Shown here in pieces: positions 56,264-64,000 of a stretch of 64,000 nt of DNA. Source of the stretch: a virus. Lineage: Duplodnaviria > Caudoviricetes. The position numbers were made by a program, and so were the translations under genes. The DNA lies in the IMG/VR virus record IMGVR_UViG_3300002835_000119, positions 12,727-76,726 of that record; one strand, written 5' to 3'. How positions within the stretch are numbered: the first letter of the stretch is position 1; each line of letters opens with the position of its first letter. The notes below the pieces were generated by a model. It was not told the DNA's origin. It made no database searches and saw only the letters and a list, made by a program, of their open reading frames with translations.

Positions 56264-56407
56264 ATGGACAAAGATAAGAAAAAACTCCCCAAGGGGAAGT
56301 CTGAAAGAAAAACTCCTATTCAACAGAATGGACCTAAATTTCAGATGAAAACTCAAAGGGGAGTAAATCCAAGTACAACAAGACGCGGCAGCGCTCGCGG
56401 AAGATAA
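56264..56407 (+). CDS. 47-aa basic peptide
   Basis: Leaderless (TATACT six nt upstream); K/R-rich; ends 8 nt before tmRNA. Confidence 0.55.
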   Translation: MDKDKKKLPKGKSERKTPIQQNGPKFQMKTQRGVNPSTTRRGSARGR

Positions 56408-56415
56408 CTAAATAA

Positions 56416-56745
56416 GGGCCTGACTGGTTTCGACGGTGAGTCTGAAATTGGTGAAGCGTGCAGAGAATCCTGTAACTCTTGAATCGGGAACAAAAAATAT
56501 AAACGGCACACAGTCCGCATTCGCACTAGCTGCTTAGCAGTGCACCTCCGGCAGCAGTAGTTCTAACTGAGCACCGCAGGTTTTAAATAAATAGAACAAC
56601 CAAAGTCTCTCCCACAAGACTTTAAAGAGTGGTAACGACTTAGATCTTTTGGCAGATCGATATCTAAGCCGTATTGGATCTGCCTACGCACGTAGAAGAA
56701 CAATGAATTGCTTATCGGACGCGGGTTCAATTCCCGCCAGGTCCA
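56416..56745 (+). ncRNA. ssrA: tmRNA; tag peptide (A)GTQSAFALAA
   Basis: 5' GGGCCTGACTGGTTTCGAC and 3' GCGGGTTCAATTCCCGCCAGGTCCA; G3-U alanine identity pair; ATAAAC-GGC...TTC GCA CTA GCT GCT TAG. Confidence 0.96.
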
Positions 56746-56768
56746 CAATTGATGTACACTAGTACCCT

Positions 56769-58193
56769 ATGGGTAAAAGCATTATGGAACAGCTCGCTCT
56801 CCTTCCAGAGGAAGAGCGTCTAGAAATCCTCGCTGGGATGGACCCCGATTCCTTGGTTTGGGATTGGTCAGTCTGGGCGCGTCCAGAGCAGAAAGCCCCT
56901 GAAGGCGATTGGAACGTCTGGCTGGTTATGGCTGGTCGTGGTTTTGGTAAGACCCGTCTTGCATCCGAGTGGGTCCGCGAACAAGCTAAGTACACCAAAG
57001 ATGGCCAGCGTCGCTTTGCCCTCGCTGCTCGTACTGCAGCTGACGTTCGTGACGTTATTGTTGAAGGTGAATCTGGAATTATTGCTGTTTCTCCTCCGTC
57101 AGAGAAGCCACACTACGAGCCTTCGAAGCGACGCCTAACCTGGCCAAACGGAAATACTGCCACTCTTTTTACTGCTGATGAGCCCGACTCGCTTCGTGGT
57201 CCTCAGTTCACCCACGCATGGGGCGATGAGATTGCAGCTTGGCGTCAGACTCCAGATGCCGCAGGTATGACCGCGTTTGACAACCTTCGCGTTGGTACGC
57301 GTCTTGGCAAGAACCCGCAGATTGTTTGTACCACCACGCCAAAGCGCGTACCGCTACTTTACAAACTAATTGAAGAGTCACGCACTGATCGTCCTGGTGG
57401 CTCAAAAGTTGTAATCACTAAGGGATCTACGCTGGACAATGCTGGAAACCTTTCGCAGGCTTACTTAGACACAATTACTGGCGTTTACGAGGGAACTACC
57501 CTTGCTCGCCAAGAGCTTTATGGAGAGATGCTCGACGACATCGAAGGAGCACTTTGGAATGAAGAGATGGTTGAATCAGCTAGAGAAATGGTTTACCCTC
57601 CAAGCACTCCGCTTCGTATTATCGGCGTGGACCCTTCGGTTGCTGAGAATCCCCGCGACGAATGCGGTATTGTTGTCTGCGCTGCGACTGCAGAACATGA
57701 CCTCTATAAGCGCAATGCTTGGGTTCTTGAAGACGCTACAGTTCATGGTTCCCCAGACACCTGGGCCCGTAGGGTTGTGGAAATGGCTCGTAAGTGGGGT
57801 TGTCCCGTCGTTGCCGAGGTTAATCAGGGTGGCGCTCTCGTACGAAATGCCATCAATGCGATTGACCCAACTGTTAAGGTCCTCGAAGTACACTCTAAAT
57901 ACGGTAAAGCCCTCAGAGCAGAGCCAGTAGTTTTGTCTTATGAGCAAAAAAGAGTCCATCACGTCGGCTATTTGCAAGATCTAGAGTCTCAGATGTATTC
58001 TTGGATCCCGGAAAGCGCTTCTAAGTCACCTGACCGCGTCGACGCACTAGTTCACGCCCTCACTGCGCTTCTAATTAAGCCACCACCTGGCTTCTCGGGT
58101 GGAAAAATTCGTGCAAAGAGCTTCGCTGATCGAAAACTAGGCGTAACTAACCCAAATACTCGCCCTCTAGGCAAAATTTTTAGGGTAAGATAG
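56769..58193 (+). CDS. terminase large subunit
   Basis: AGRGFGKT Walker A, LRGPQF..AWGDE, TTTP, IIGVDP, EVNQGG, SPDRVDA. Confidence 0.96.
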   Translation: MGKSIMEQLALLPEEERLEILAGMDPDSLVWDWSVWARPEQKAPEGDWNVWLVMAGRGFGKTRLASEWVREQAKYTKDGQRRFALAARTAADVRDVIVEGESGIIAVSPPSEKPHYEPSKRRLTWPNGNTATLFTADEPDSLRGPQFTHAWGDEIAAWRQTPDAAGMTAFDNLRVGTRLGKNPQIVCTTTPKRVPLLYKLIEESRTDRPGGSKVVITKGSTLDNAGNLSQAYLDTITGVYEGTTLARQELYGEMLDDIEGALWNEEMVESAREMVYPPSTPLRIIGVDPSVAENPRDECGIVVCAATAEHDLYKRNAWVLEDATVHGSPDTWARRVVEMARKWGCPVVAEVNQGGALVRNAINAIDPTVKVLEVHSKYGKALRAEPVVLSYEQKRVHHVGYLQDLESQMYSWIPESASKSPDRVDALVHALTALLIKPPPGFSGGKIRAKSFADRKLGVTNPNTRPLGKIFRVR

Positions 58194-58552
58194 TGAAAAT
58201 ACTTCTGGATAGGTTCCCTTGCCATTTGGCAGCCGTTGGACCAGGCAAAATTGATGATGTAACCACCATGCGGAGCTTCGAACCTACCCCAGGAACTACT
58301 TATCTAGAGATAACAAGGGTGGTAATTACTGATGAAGTCATTGTTGTGGCCAAGGACTCCCCGCAAGGGCCGCAAATCGTTTTTCGAGAAGCATATGAGA
58401 CGTACATCCCGTCTGACGACCCTAAAACGGATTCTTGGGTTGTAACTCAGAGCGGAAAGATGCTAGCATTCAAGAAAGACACGGGTTGCGGATGCGGCTC
58501 CAGGCTCAGAGGCTGGAATCCATACAAGACCCTGACTTCAAGTAAGGATTGA
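58193..58552 (+). CDS. hypothetical protein
   Basis: Coupled to TerL; GCGCGSRL. Confidence 0.75.
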   Translation: MKILLDRFPCHLAAVGPGKIDDVTTMRSFEPTPGTTYLEITRVVITDEVIVVAKDSPQGPQIVFREAYETYIPSDDPKTDSWVVTQSGKMLAFKKDTGCGCGSRLRGWNPYKTLTSSKD

Positions 58553-58553
58553 T

Positions 58554-58847
58554 ATGGAAATTACTGCAATAAATTTTGTTATTTTGGCTCTTGGTGCCTA
58601 TAGGCTAACGCATTTGATCACAACTGACGCGATTGCGGACGGATTTAGACAAAAAGTTTGGTCTAAGTTCCCGCCTAACACAAAAATTGGATATTTGATA
58701 ACTTGCAACTGGTGCACAGGTTTTTGGGTCTCGTTAGCATTTGTTGTCGGTATTTCAATTTTACCCCAACTAACCTTTGTGGTATCATTAGTCTTGGCTA
58801 TTTCCGCAGCGATTGGGCTAATCTCAGCCTGGATTGAAAACAAGTAG
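58554..58847 (+). CDS. DUF1360-like membrane protein
   Basis: LGAYRLTHLITTD.I...YLITCNWCTGFW. Confidence 0.8.
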   Translation: MEITAINFVILALGAYRLTHLITTDAIADGFRQKVWSKFPPNTKIGYLITCNWCTGFWVSLAFVVGISILPQLTFVVSLVLAISAAIGLISAWIENK

Positions 58848-58860
58848 GTAGGAGCCAACT

Positions 58861-60618
58861 TTGGCTATTTTTAAAAAGCAACCCTCGAAGCAGCGTGAGA
58901 CTAGACCTGCTGTAACTGCATCTGCACCGAAGAATGCTACTCGGGTTGCGCCTGGTGTTTCAATTGACTCTTTCGGCATCGTCTATGCCGAGCCTCAGGT
59001 TTTTAATGCTCCTCGTCCATTAACTGCAGCCGCTGCTCAGGTTAATCTGCAGGATAAAGGTGAAGCCGAGCTATTTAAAGCTCGTCGGCAGTCAGCTTCT
59101 ACTTCTTGGCAGACAGAAGCTTGGGAATACTATGACTCAATCGGTGAAATTAAGTACGCGTTTAATTTAGTAGCGTCTGTTGTGTCTCGTATTCGTCTTT
59201 ACGTTGCCGGAATCAATAGCGCAAGTGAAACTCCAGCGCCAGTAGAGATTTCAGAAAAAATTGACGATAAGTTGGCTCAGGCGGCCCAGCGTGCACTCGA
59301 CAGACTTAGCTCTGCGTTCGGTGGACAGTCTGGACTACTAAAAGATGCTGCACTAAACCTTCAGGTTACTGGTGAATGCTATTTGGTTCAGCTACCAGAG
59401 CGAGTTGGGTCTCAAATTCCAGAGTCGTGGGACGTACGTTCAGTCGACGAACTGCAAATTGACCAGCGCGGTAACTACATCATTAACCCACGTCGTGAAG
59501 TTGGTGGCGGAACGGCGTCTATGCTTTCACAAGGAAATAGAGAAGCAATCGTATTGCCAGCTAAGGCATTTGTTGGTCGTATCTGGCGCTCACATCCTCG
59601 CTACACTCAGGAAGCTGACTCTAGTCTCCGTGGTCTACTAGATCTCTGCGCTGAGCTTCTACTTCTAAACCGCACCTTCCGTGCAACTGCCCGTTCACGC
59701 CTCAACGCTGGTGCACTTTATCTTCCGGACGGCCTCAGTGTTGCGGCTGCTCCGGATCCTGACTATCCTTACGACGAAAATGGGGAGTACAACCAACAGT
59801 ACAACCCAGAGGAAGCCGCCGACGAGTTTGAAGACCAACTAATCGACGCGATGACCACTCCGATTAAGGACGAGGACTCTGCGAGCGCCGTTGTTCCGTT
59901 AATCATTCGTGGTCCTGCAGAACTTGGTGACAAGATCAAGCAGTTTAAGTTCGAGCGTTCCTTCGACCCAGCTCTTGCACAGCGTGCAGACCGAGTACTA
60001 GAGCGCATCATGCAGGGTCTAGATGTTCCAAAGGACGTTGTAACAGGACTTGCTAACGTTAAGTACTCCAACGCACTTCAGATTGATGAGGCCCTCTACA
60101 AGGCACACATCGAGCCTCTGATGCTACTTATCGTTGACGCACTGACTGTTATGTACTTGCGTCCATATCTAGTTGCAAATGGATATACTCCAGAAGAAGT
60201 CAAAAACATCTGCATTTGGTATGACCCATCTCAGGTTGCTACTCGCAACGACCGTGCAGCAGATGCTGACTCTGGATTCGACAAGATGGCAGTTTCCTAC
60301 AACACATGGAGACGCGCTCACGGATTCTCGGAGTCGGATGCGCCAACTCCGGAAGAACTTGCTCTAAGAATTGTTTTGGAGAAGGGAATGATTACTCCAG
60401 AACTAACTAGTGGACTTCTTACCGCAGTGGCCCCGGAAGTTATGAATCAAGCTCGTGATCTTTCTCAGGCTGCTAATCCAGCTCCGATTCCCCCAGAAAT
60501 CGATCAGCTATTGAGTGGGGAACCAGCAGCAGAACCAACTGAACCAGCAGAGACTCCAGCCGAAGCTCCAATTACTCCAGCCGAAGCTACGCCACCGCTA
60601 GCAGAACCAGAGGTCTAA
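58861..60618 (+). CDS. portal protein
   Basis: Follows TerL; WQTEAWEYYD.IGE, NL.VTGE.Y, RIW..HP, SRL.AG.L. Confidence 0.85.
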   Translation: MAIFKKQPSKQRETRPAVTASAPKNATRVAPGVSIDSFGIVYAEPQVFNAPRPLTAAAAQVNLQDKGEAELFKARRQSASTSWQTEAWEYYDSIGEIKYAFNLVASVVSRIRLYVAGINSASETPAPVEISEKIDDKLAQAAQRALDRLSSAFGGQSGLLKDAALNLQVTGECYLVQLPERVGSQIPESWDVRSVDELQIDQRGNYIINPRREVGGGTASMLSQGNREAIVLPAKAFVGRIWRSHPRYTQEADSSLRGLLDLCAELLLLNRTFRATARSRLNAGALYLPDGLSVAAAPDPDYPYDENGEYNQQYNPEEAADEFEDQLIDAMTTPIKDEDSASAVVPLIIRGPAELGDKIKQFKFERSFDPALAQRADRVLERIMQGLDVPKDVVTGLANVKYSNALQIDEALYKAHIEPLMLLIVDALTVMYLRPYLVANGYTPEEVKNICIWYDPSQVATRNDRAADADSGFDKMAVSYNTWRRAHGFSESDAPTPEELALRIVLEKGMITPELTSGLLTAVAPEVMNQARDLSQAANPAPIPPEIDQLLSGEPAAEPTEPAETPAEAPITPAEATPPLAEPEV

Positions 60619-60619
60619 C

Positions 60620-61075
60620 ATGCACGACAAGAATCCACAAATGGCAGCAAAGCTCGCTGAGCTGCTCGCTGACACAGTTAAAGCAAGATTTATTTATCAG
60701 GGCTACCACTGGAATGTAATTGGTCCAGACTTTGGTGAATATCACGACTTCTACAAAAAGCTCTACGAAGATCTCGACTCAACAATCGATGAGGTTGGAG
60801 AGAACATTCTTAAGTCTGGCTTCCCGGCTCCATATCTTTTGACAGACTTTGTTGAGCTGTCTCCAATCTCTGAGGACAGACTAGATGGAACTTCTCAGCA
60901 GTTTCTATTGCAATCTGCGCTTCGAGTCAACGCTGCTCTAATTTCTAGACTGTATGAAGCTTCTCAGTTGGCCGAAGAGTGCAATGAATGGGGCTTGATG
61001 GACTTTCTAGCAAAAAGAATTGACATGCACAAGAAGTGGGCATGGCAAATTAAGGCATATCTAGGGGTCCGCTAA
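60620..61075 (+). CDS. dps: Dps-family ferritin-like protein
   Basis: YHWNVIGPDF..YH.FY..LY.....ID.VGE; HKKWAWQI. Confidence 0.9.
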   Translation: MHDKNPQMAAKLAELLADTVKARFIYQGYHWNVIGPDFGEYHDFYKKLYEDLDSTIDEVGENILKSGFPAPYLLTDFVELSPISEDRLDGTSQQFLLQSALRVNAALISRLYEASQLAEECNEWGLMDFLAKRIDMHKKWAWQIKAYLGVR

Positions 61076-61743
61076 TGGGGTACAAGGATGAAGTATTAGG
61101 AGTTTCGACCGAGCTTTCTGGCGGATACGGTGCTCCAGCAGAACCAATTTCTACCAAGTCTAGAGGCGATGAGTCTTATGAAGATTTTCTAGACTTCGAC
61201 GAAATTGATTCGCTTTTGCTCTCCGAGATTATCGACGAGGAAATCGAGCTTTTCGCAGCTGAGGGAGGCGACCCTTGCTGGGAGGGTTACGTCCAAGTTG
61301 GCATGAAGGAAAAAGACGGCAAGATGGTGCCCAATTGCGTGCCTGCTGCTGAAGCCGCTATTTATGCTACTGCCGGCTCAAAGCCTGCCCCAAAGAAAGA
61401 CCAGATTAAGGGATCCAAGAAAAACAAAAAAGGCTCTGCCGCTACTGGAAAGGGAGTTAATTTTACAGCCGCAATTATTTCGGCTCTAGAGAAAAAAGTT
61501 GAGACCCACAACAAGAATGCTAAAGATGGAAGAAGAGCAACTCTAACTACTCTGAAGGCGGTTTACCGTCGAGGTGCGGGGGCATTCTCCACTTCTCACC
61601 GTCCAGACCAAAACCGTAATTCATGGGCGATGGCTAGAGTTAATGCATATTTGCATTTGTTAAAGACTGGTAAGCCCAAAAACCCAAAGTACACAACCGA
61701 TAACGACTTGCTTCCCAAGTCTCACCCCAAATCTACTCGATAA
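61075..61743 (+). CDS. putative head-associated protein
   Basis: DPCWEGY.QVGMK..DGK.VPNCVP; VYRRGAGAF..SHRP..WAMARVNA; DNDLLPKSHP. Confidence 0.7.
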   Translation: MGYKDEVLGVSTELSGGYGAPAEPISTKSRGDESYEDFLDFDEIDSLLLSEIIDEEIELFAAEGGDPCWEGYVQVGMKEKDGKMVPNCVPAAEAAIYATAGSKPAPKKDQIKGSKKNKKGSAATGKGVNFTAAIISALEKKVETHNKNAKDGRRATLTTLKAVYRRGAGAFSTSHRPDQNRNSWAMARVNAYLHLLKTGKPKNPKYTTDNDLLPKSHPKSTR

Positions 61744-61805
61744 TAAAAGAATAAGATAAAATTTAACTAGATTTTGTCTGACTGGCACTTTAGGAAAGGT
61801 TCCAA

Positions 61806-64000
61806 GTGGAACAACGACTCGCGGCTCTCTTTGCCTCTGTAGGAAACGCACTAGACTCCAAGACTTATACCTATTCGGATTCTGACTATCTAGTCCGAAA
61901 ACTGCTGGTTAAGTTCTTAGAAGACGAGAATGCTTTAGTAGCTTCTGCACGCCACATTCCTGACCCAGAGCAGGTAGTCGAGTCAATTCTTAACTACGTT
62001 ATTTCCACCGAGTTTACTAATGATGATCCAGCCTCGTGGTATCGCAAGGCTATGGCTATTACTGTCGAGTTTGCCGACTTTGCGCACAGAAATGACATGA
62101 GCGAAGACTCTGCTCGTTATGCTGCACTTTTGCCAGATGGCCACCCAAGAGTTAAGCGAGTCCTTCCAGTAACTGCGTCTGCTGCAAGAAATGCACTAGC
62201 TGATTGGATGGCTGCAGATCCTCGCCTAGACGCCGAAGCTGCGGAGCAAGTTCGCAAGCTTTACTCTCTAGATGATTCAGCAGATGACGTAGAAGCCGAA
62301 TTCGAAACCCTAAAAGCAGAAGCACTGGTTGCAGCTGGCAGAATGCCAGAAGAGCTACTTCCAATAGTTGCAGCGTTTAATCTTTCGTTTGCTCAGCGTT
62401 CTGCTATCTCTAAGGCACTTGCTGCTGTTCGCCGTCGCGACCGTAAGGGTAGATTCGCTCGAGAGTTTGGACGTCTAAAACTTTTCTTCAAGAGCAGAGG
62501 ACAGTTCTTTTCTAGCAGCCCAAGAATTGTTGGACCTGGCCGCGGTGAAAATACTTACCAAGTAGAATCCAAGGGCGACCCAAACATTCCAGACGGTATC
62601 TACGAAGTTGATGCAGCTCTTGGTGAAAACATCAAAGCATATCTACCAAAGAGTGCAGTAAAGGGACTAGCTGGCCGCAAGGAAGTTGTTGCAGAGGATG
62701 ACAAGCGCTTTGCAATCGAACTAGATGACTTCCTAAAGACTAAGCAGGACGCCCCCAATAACTGGACTAAGTCTGGAAATAAGTTCACCACCAAAGACGG
62801 CAAGTTTACTGCAACCAAGATTGACTCTAACGACGCACAAAAGTTTATAGACAAGGCTAAAGAGCGTGGCGACGAGCCAATTATTTCTGGTAGCGGAGCT
62901 GGTGACGCATTTGACCCAGCAGATCCAGATTCATTCTTAATTACCGACAACAAGGGCCGCACTAAGGGTGTGGCTCAAGACTGGGCAGGTGTTCAAGAAG
63001 TTTCTATTGCTAGCGGAGCTGATTTCGGTGACATGCCAGAAGCCGGTGGCAACCCAGAAGTTGGAATAGAACCCGAGCCAGAGGCAATCTCCACGGATTC
63101 GGGCGCTCTAGACAAGTCAAAACTTTCACCAAGCCTTATTGGTGAGGGCTATAACTTCTCTAAAGATGGCGACAACTCTTGGCGCAAAGATGGCCACGGT
63201 CCGGACGGAGAAACCTATACGGTTGAGCAGGGCGCAAACGGTAAATGGATCGTCGGTGAAATTACTGGCTCTGACCCATTTGCTGAAAGCCGGGATCTAG
63301 AAGTATTTGATAACGCTCTAGAAGCTTTCGAATACGCCAACGATTTAGGTCGACGCCCTTCAGACTTTGACGAGGACTGGGTAAACGATCTTATCGCCGA
63401 GCAAGAAGTCGGTCCAGACCTAGGGCAAGACCAACCGGAAGTTGATTCTCGCATAAAAATTGATCCAAGCAACCTTTCACCAGAGCTGCAAGAAAAATAT
63501 CAAGAAACTTTTGACAAGTTTGACCAAGCTATTTTTAGCAATGACCGCCAGGGCATAGCCGACATGCTATCAAAAGCAGCGCTGGATAATGATATGCCAG
63601 ATGAAGTTTATAGCGTACTATCCGAGGCTAGAGACTGGGTAGCCAACAGAAATGCTGTAATAGAAAACGCTCTCTCTAGAGCATCTCGCGAAGATTTAGA
63701 AAATCTGCTTGAAGATCCAGAGTTTGCTGGTTGGAGAGATCGACTAGAGTCAGCAATGATTGAGCTGGCCCCATTTGGACAAGATGGGTATGACTATGAC
63801 CTCGATCAAGACACTGCCCCAGCTCTTTCTGAAAAGCAGGCAGAACCAGCTACTGGAAAACAATATGCAATGCTTAGCGAATTCCTCGAGGAGCGCAATC
63901 TAGATCCAGCCACTGAGCAAGCTCTAGCAGATGCAATTGAAAACAAGAACCTAAACAAGGCTCAGGCTAGTGCTTTAATTGGCCTTAGCCGCGCCGCTGA
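61806..64000 (+). CDS. large putative virion/internal head protein, 3'-truncated (absent from ORF track)
   Basis: GGAAAGG SD, GTG start, hand translation consistent with the frame staying open to the window end (>730 aa); LLPDGHP and RRRDRKGRFA motifs. Confidence 0.8.
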   Translation, partial: MEQRLAALFASVGNALDSKTYTYSDSDYLVRKLLVKFLEDENALVASARHIPDPEQVVESILNYVISTEFTNDDPASWYRKAMAITVEFADFAHRNDMSEDSARYAALLPDGHPRVKRVLPVTASAARNALADWMAADPRLDAEAAEQVRKLYSLDDSADDVEAEFETLKAEALVAAGRMPEELLPIVAAFNLSFAQRSAISKALAAVRRRDRKGRFAREFGRLKLFFKSRGQFFSSSPRIVGPGRGENTYQVESKGDPNIPDGIYEVDAALGENIKAYLPKSAVKGLAGRKEVVAEDDKRFAIELDDFLKTKQDAPNNWTKSGNKFTTKDGKFTATKIDSNDAQKFIDKAKERGDEPIISGSGAGDAFDPADPDSFLITDNKGRTKGVAQDWAGVQEVSIASGADFGDMPEAGGNPEVGIEPEPEAISTDSGALDKSKLSPSLIGEGYNFSKDGDNSWRKDGHGPDGETYTVEQGANGKWIVGEITGSDPFAESRDLEVFDNALEAFEYANDLGRRPSDFDEDWVNDLIAEQEVGPDLGQDQPEVDSRIKIDPSNLSPELQEKYQETFDKFDQAIFSNDRQGIADMLSKAALDNDMPDEVYSVLSEARDWVANRNAVIENALSRASREDLENLLEDPEFAGWRDRLESAMIELAPFGQDGYDYDLDQDTAPALSEKQAEPATGKQYAMLSEFLEERNLDPATEQALADAIENKNLNKAQASALIGLSRAA

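Noticed and set aside
56563-56748. Minus-strand ORF MWTWRELNPRP...
   Set aside because: Typical antisense translation of the tmRNA 3' end.
56769-58193. Intein or intron in TerL
   Set aside because: 474 aa with contiguous ATPase and nuclease motifs; no insertion evident.
57502-63472. Alternative-frame and antisense ORFs overlapping TerL, portal and the final large ORF
   Set aside because: Overlap well-supported genes, lack RBSs and show no recognisable motifs.
1-64000. Stop-codon reassignment
   Set aside because: Recognisable genes are full length in the standard code and end in TAA, TAG or TGA.

Overview
A 64-kb segment of a large tailed dsDNA phage. The host is most likely an actinobacterium, inferred from GAAAGGA-type Shine-Dalgarno sites, many leaderless genes, an actinobacterial-type KatG and a ClgR-like regulator. 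No integrase, rRNA or cas genes were seen. Layout: (i) 0-21.7 kb holds glycan-modification genes (GT8/GT2, carbamoyltransferase, epimerase), 2OG-Fe(II) oxygenases, a DNA methylase, many small ORFs and a reverse-strand cell-surface/lysis block. (ii) An AT-rich origin-like gap lies at 21.7-22.2 kb. (iii) 26.5-31.8 kb is compositionally distinct and motif-dense, with a TerS-like gene, a CHAP hydrolase and a gp88-like Fe-S protein. (iv) 31.8-45.7 kb is an array of short promoter-SD-ORF-terminator cassettes, including a MoxR AAA+/VWA pair, interleaved with non-coding hairpin RNAs. (v) 46-64 kb holds NlpC/P60, katG, heme oxygenase, a manA-like ncRNA, tRNA-Asn, tmRNA, TerL, portal, Dps and head-associated proteins. 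Most notable: hairpin RNAs whose loops are exact antisense copies of the phage's own early-gene SD consensus, in a genome where many other genes are leaderless (a candidate translational switch). Also notable: a polarised dispersed motif RACGCCCYTAY, repeated upstream boxes resembling host transcription-factor sites, zoned enrichment and avoidance of restriction-type palindromes, and a phage KatG/heme oxygenase/Dps set. All motif counts were made by eye and family calls are from recalled signatures, not database searches.
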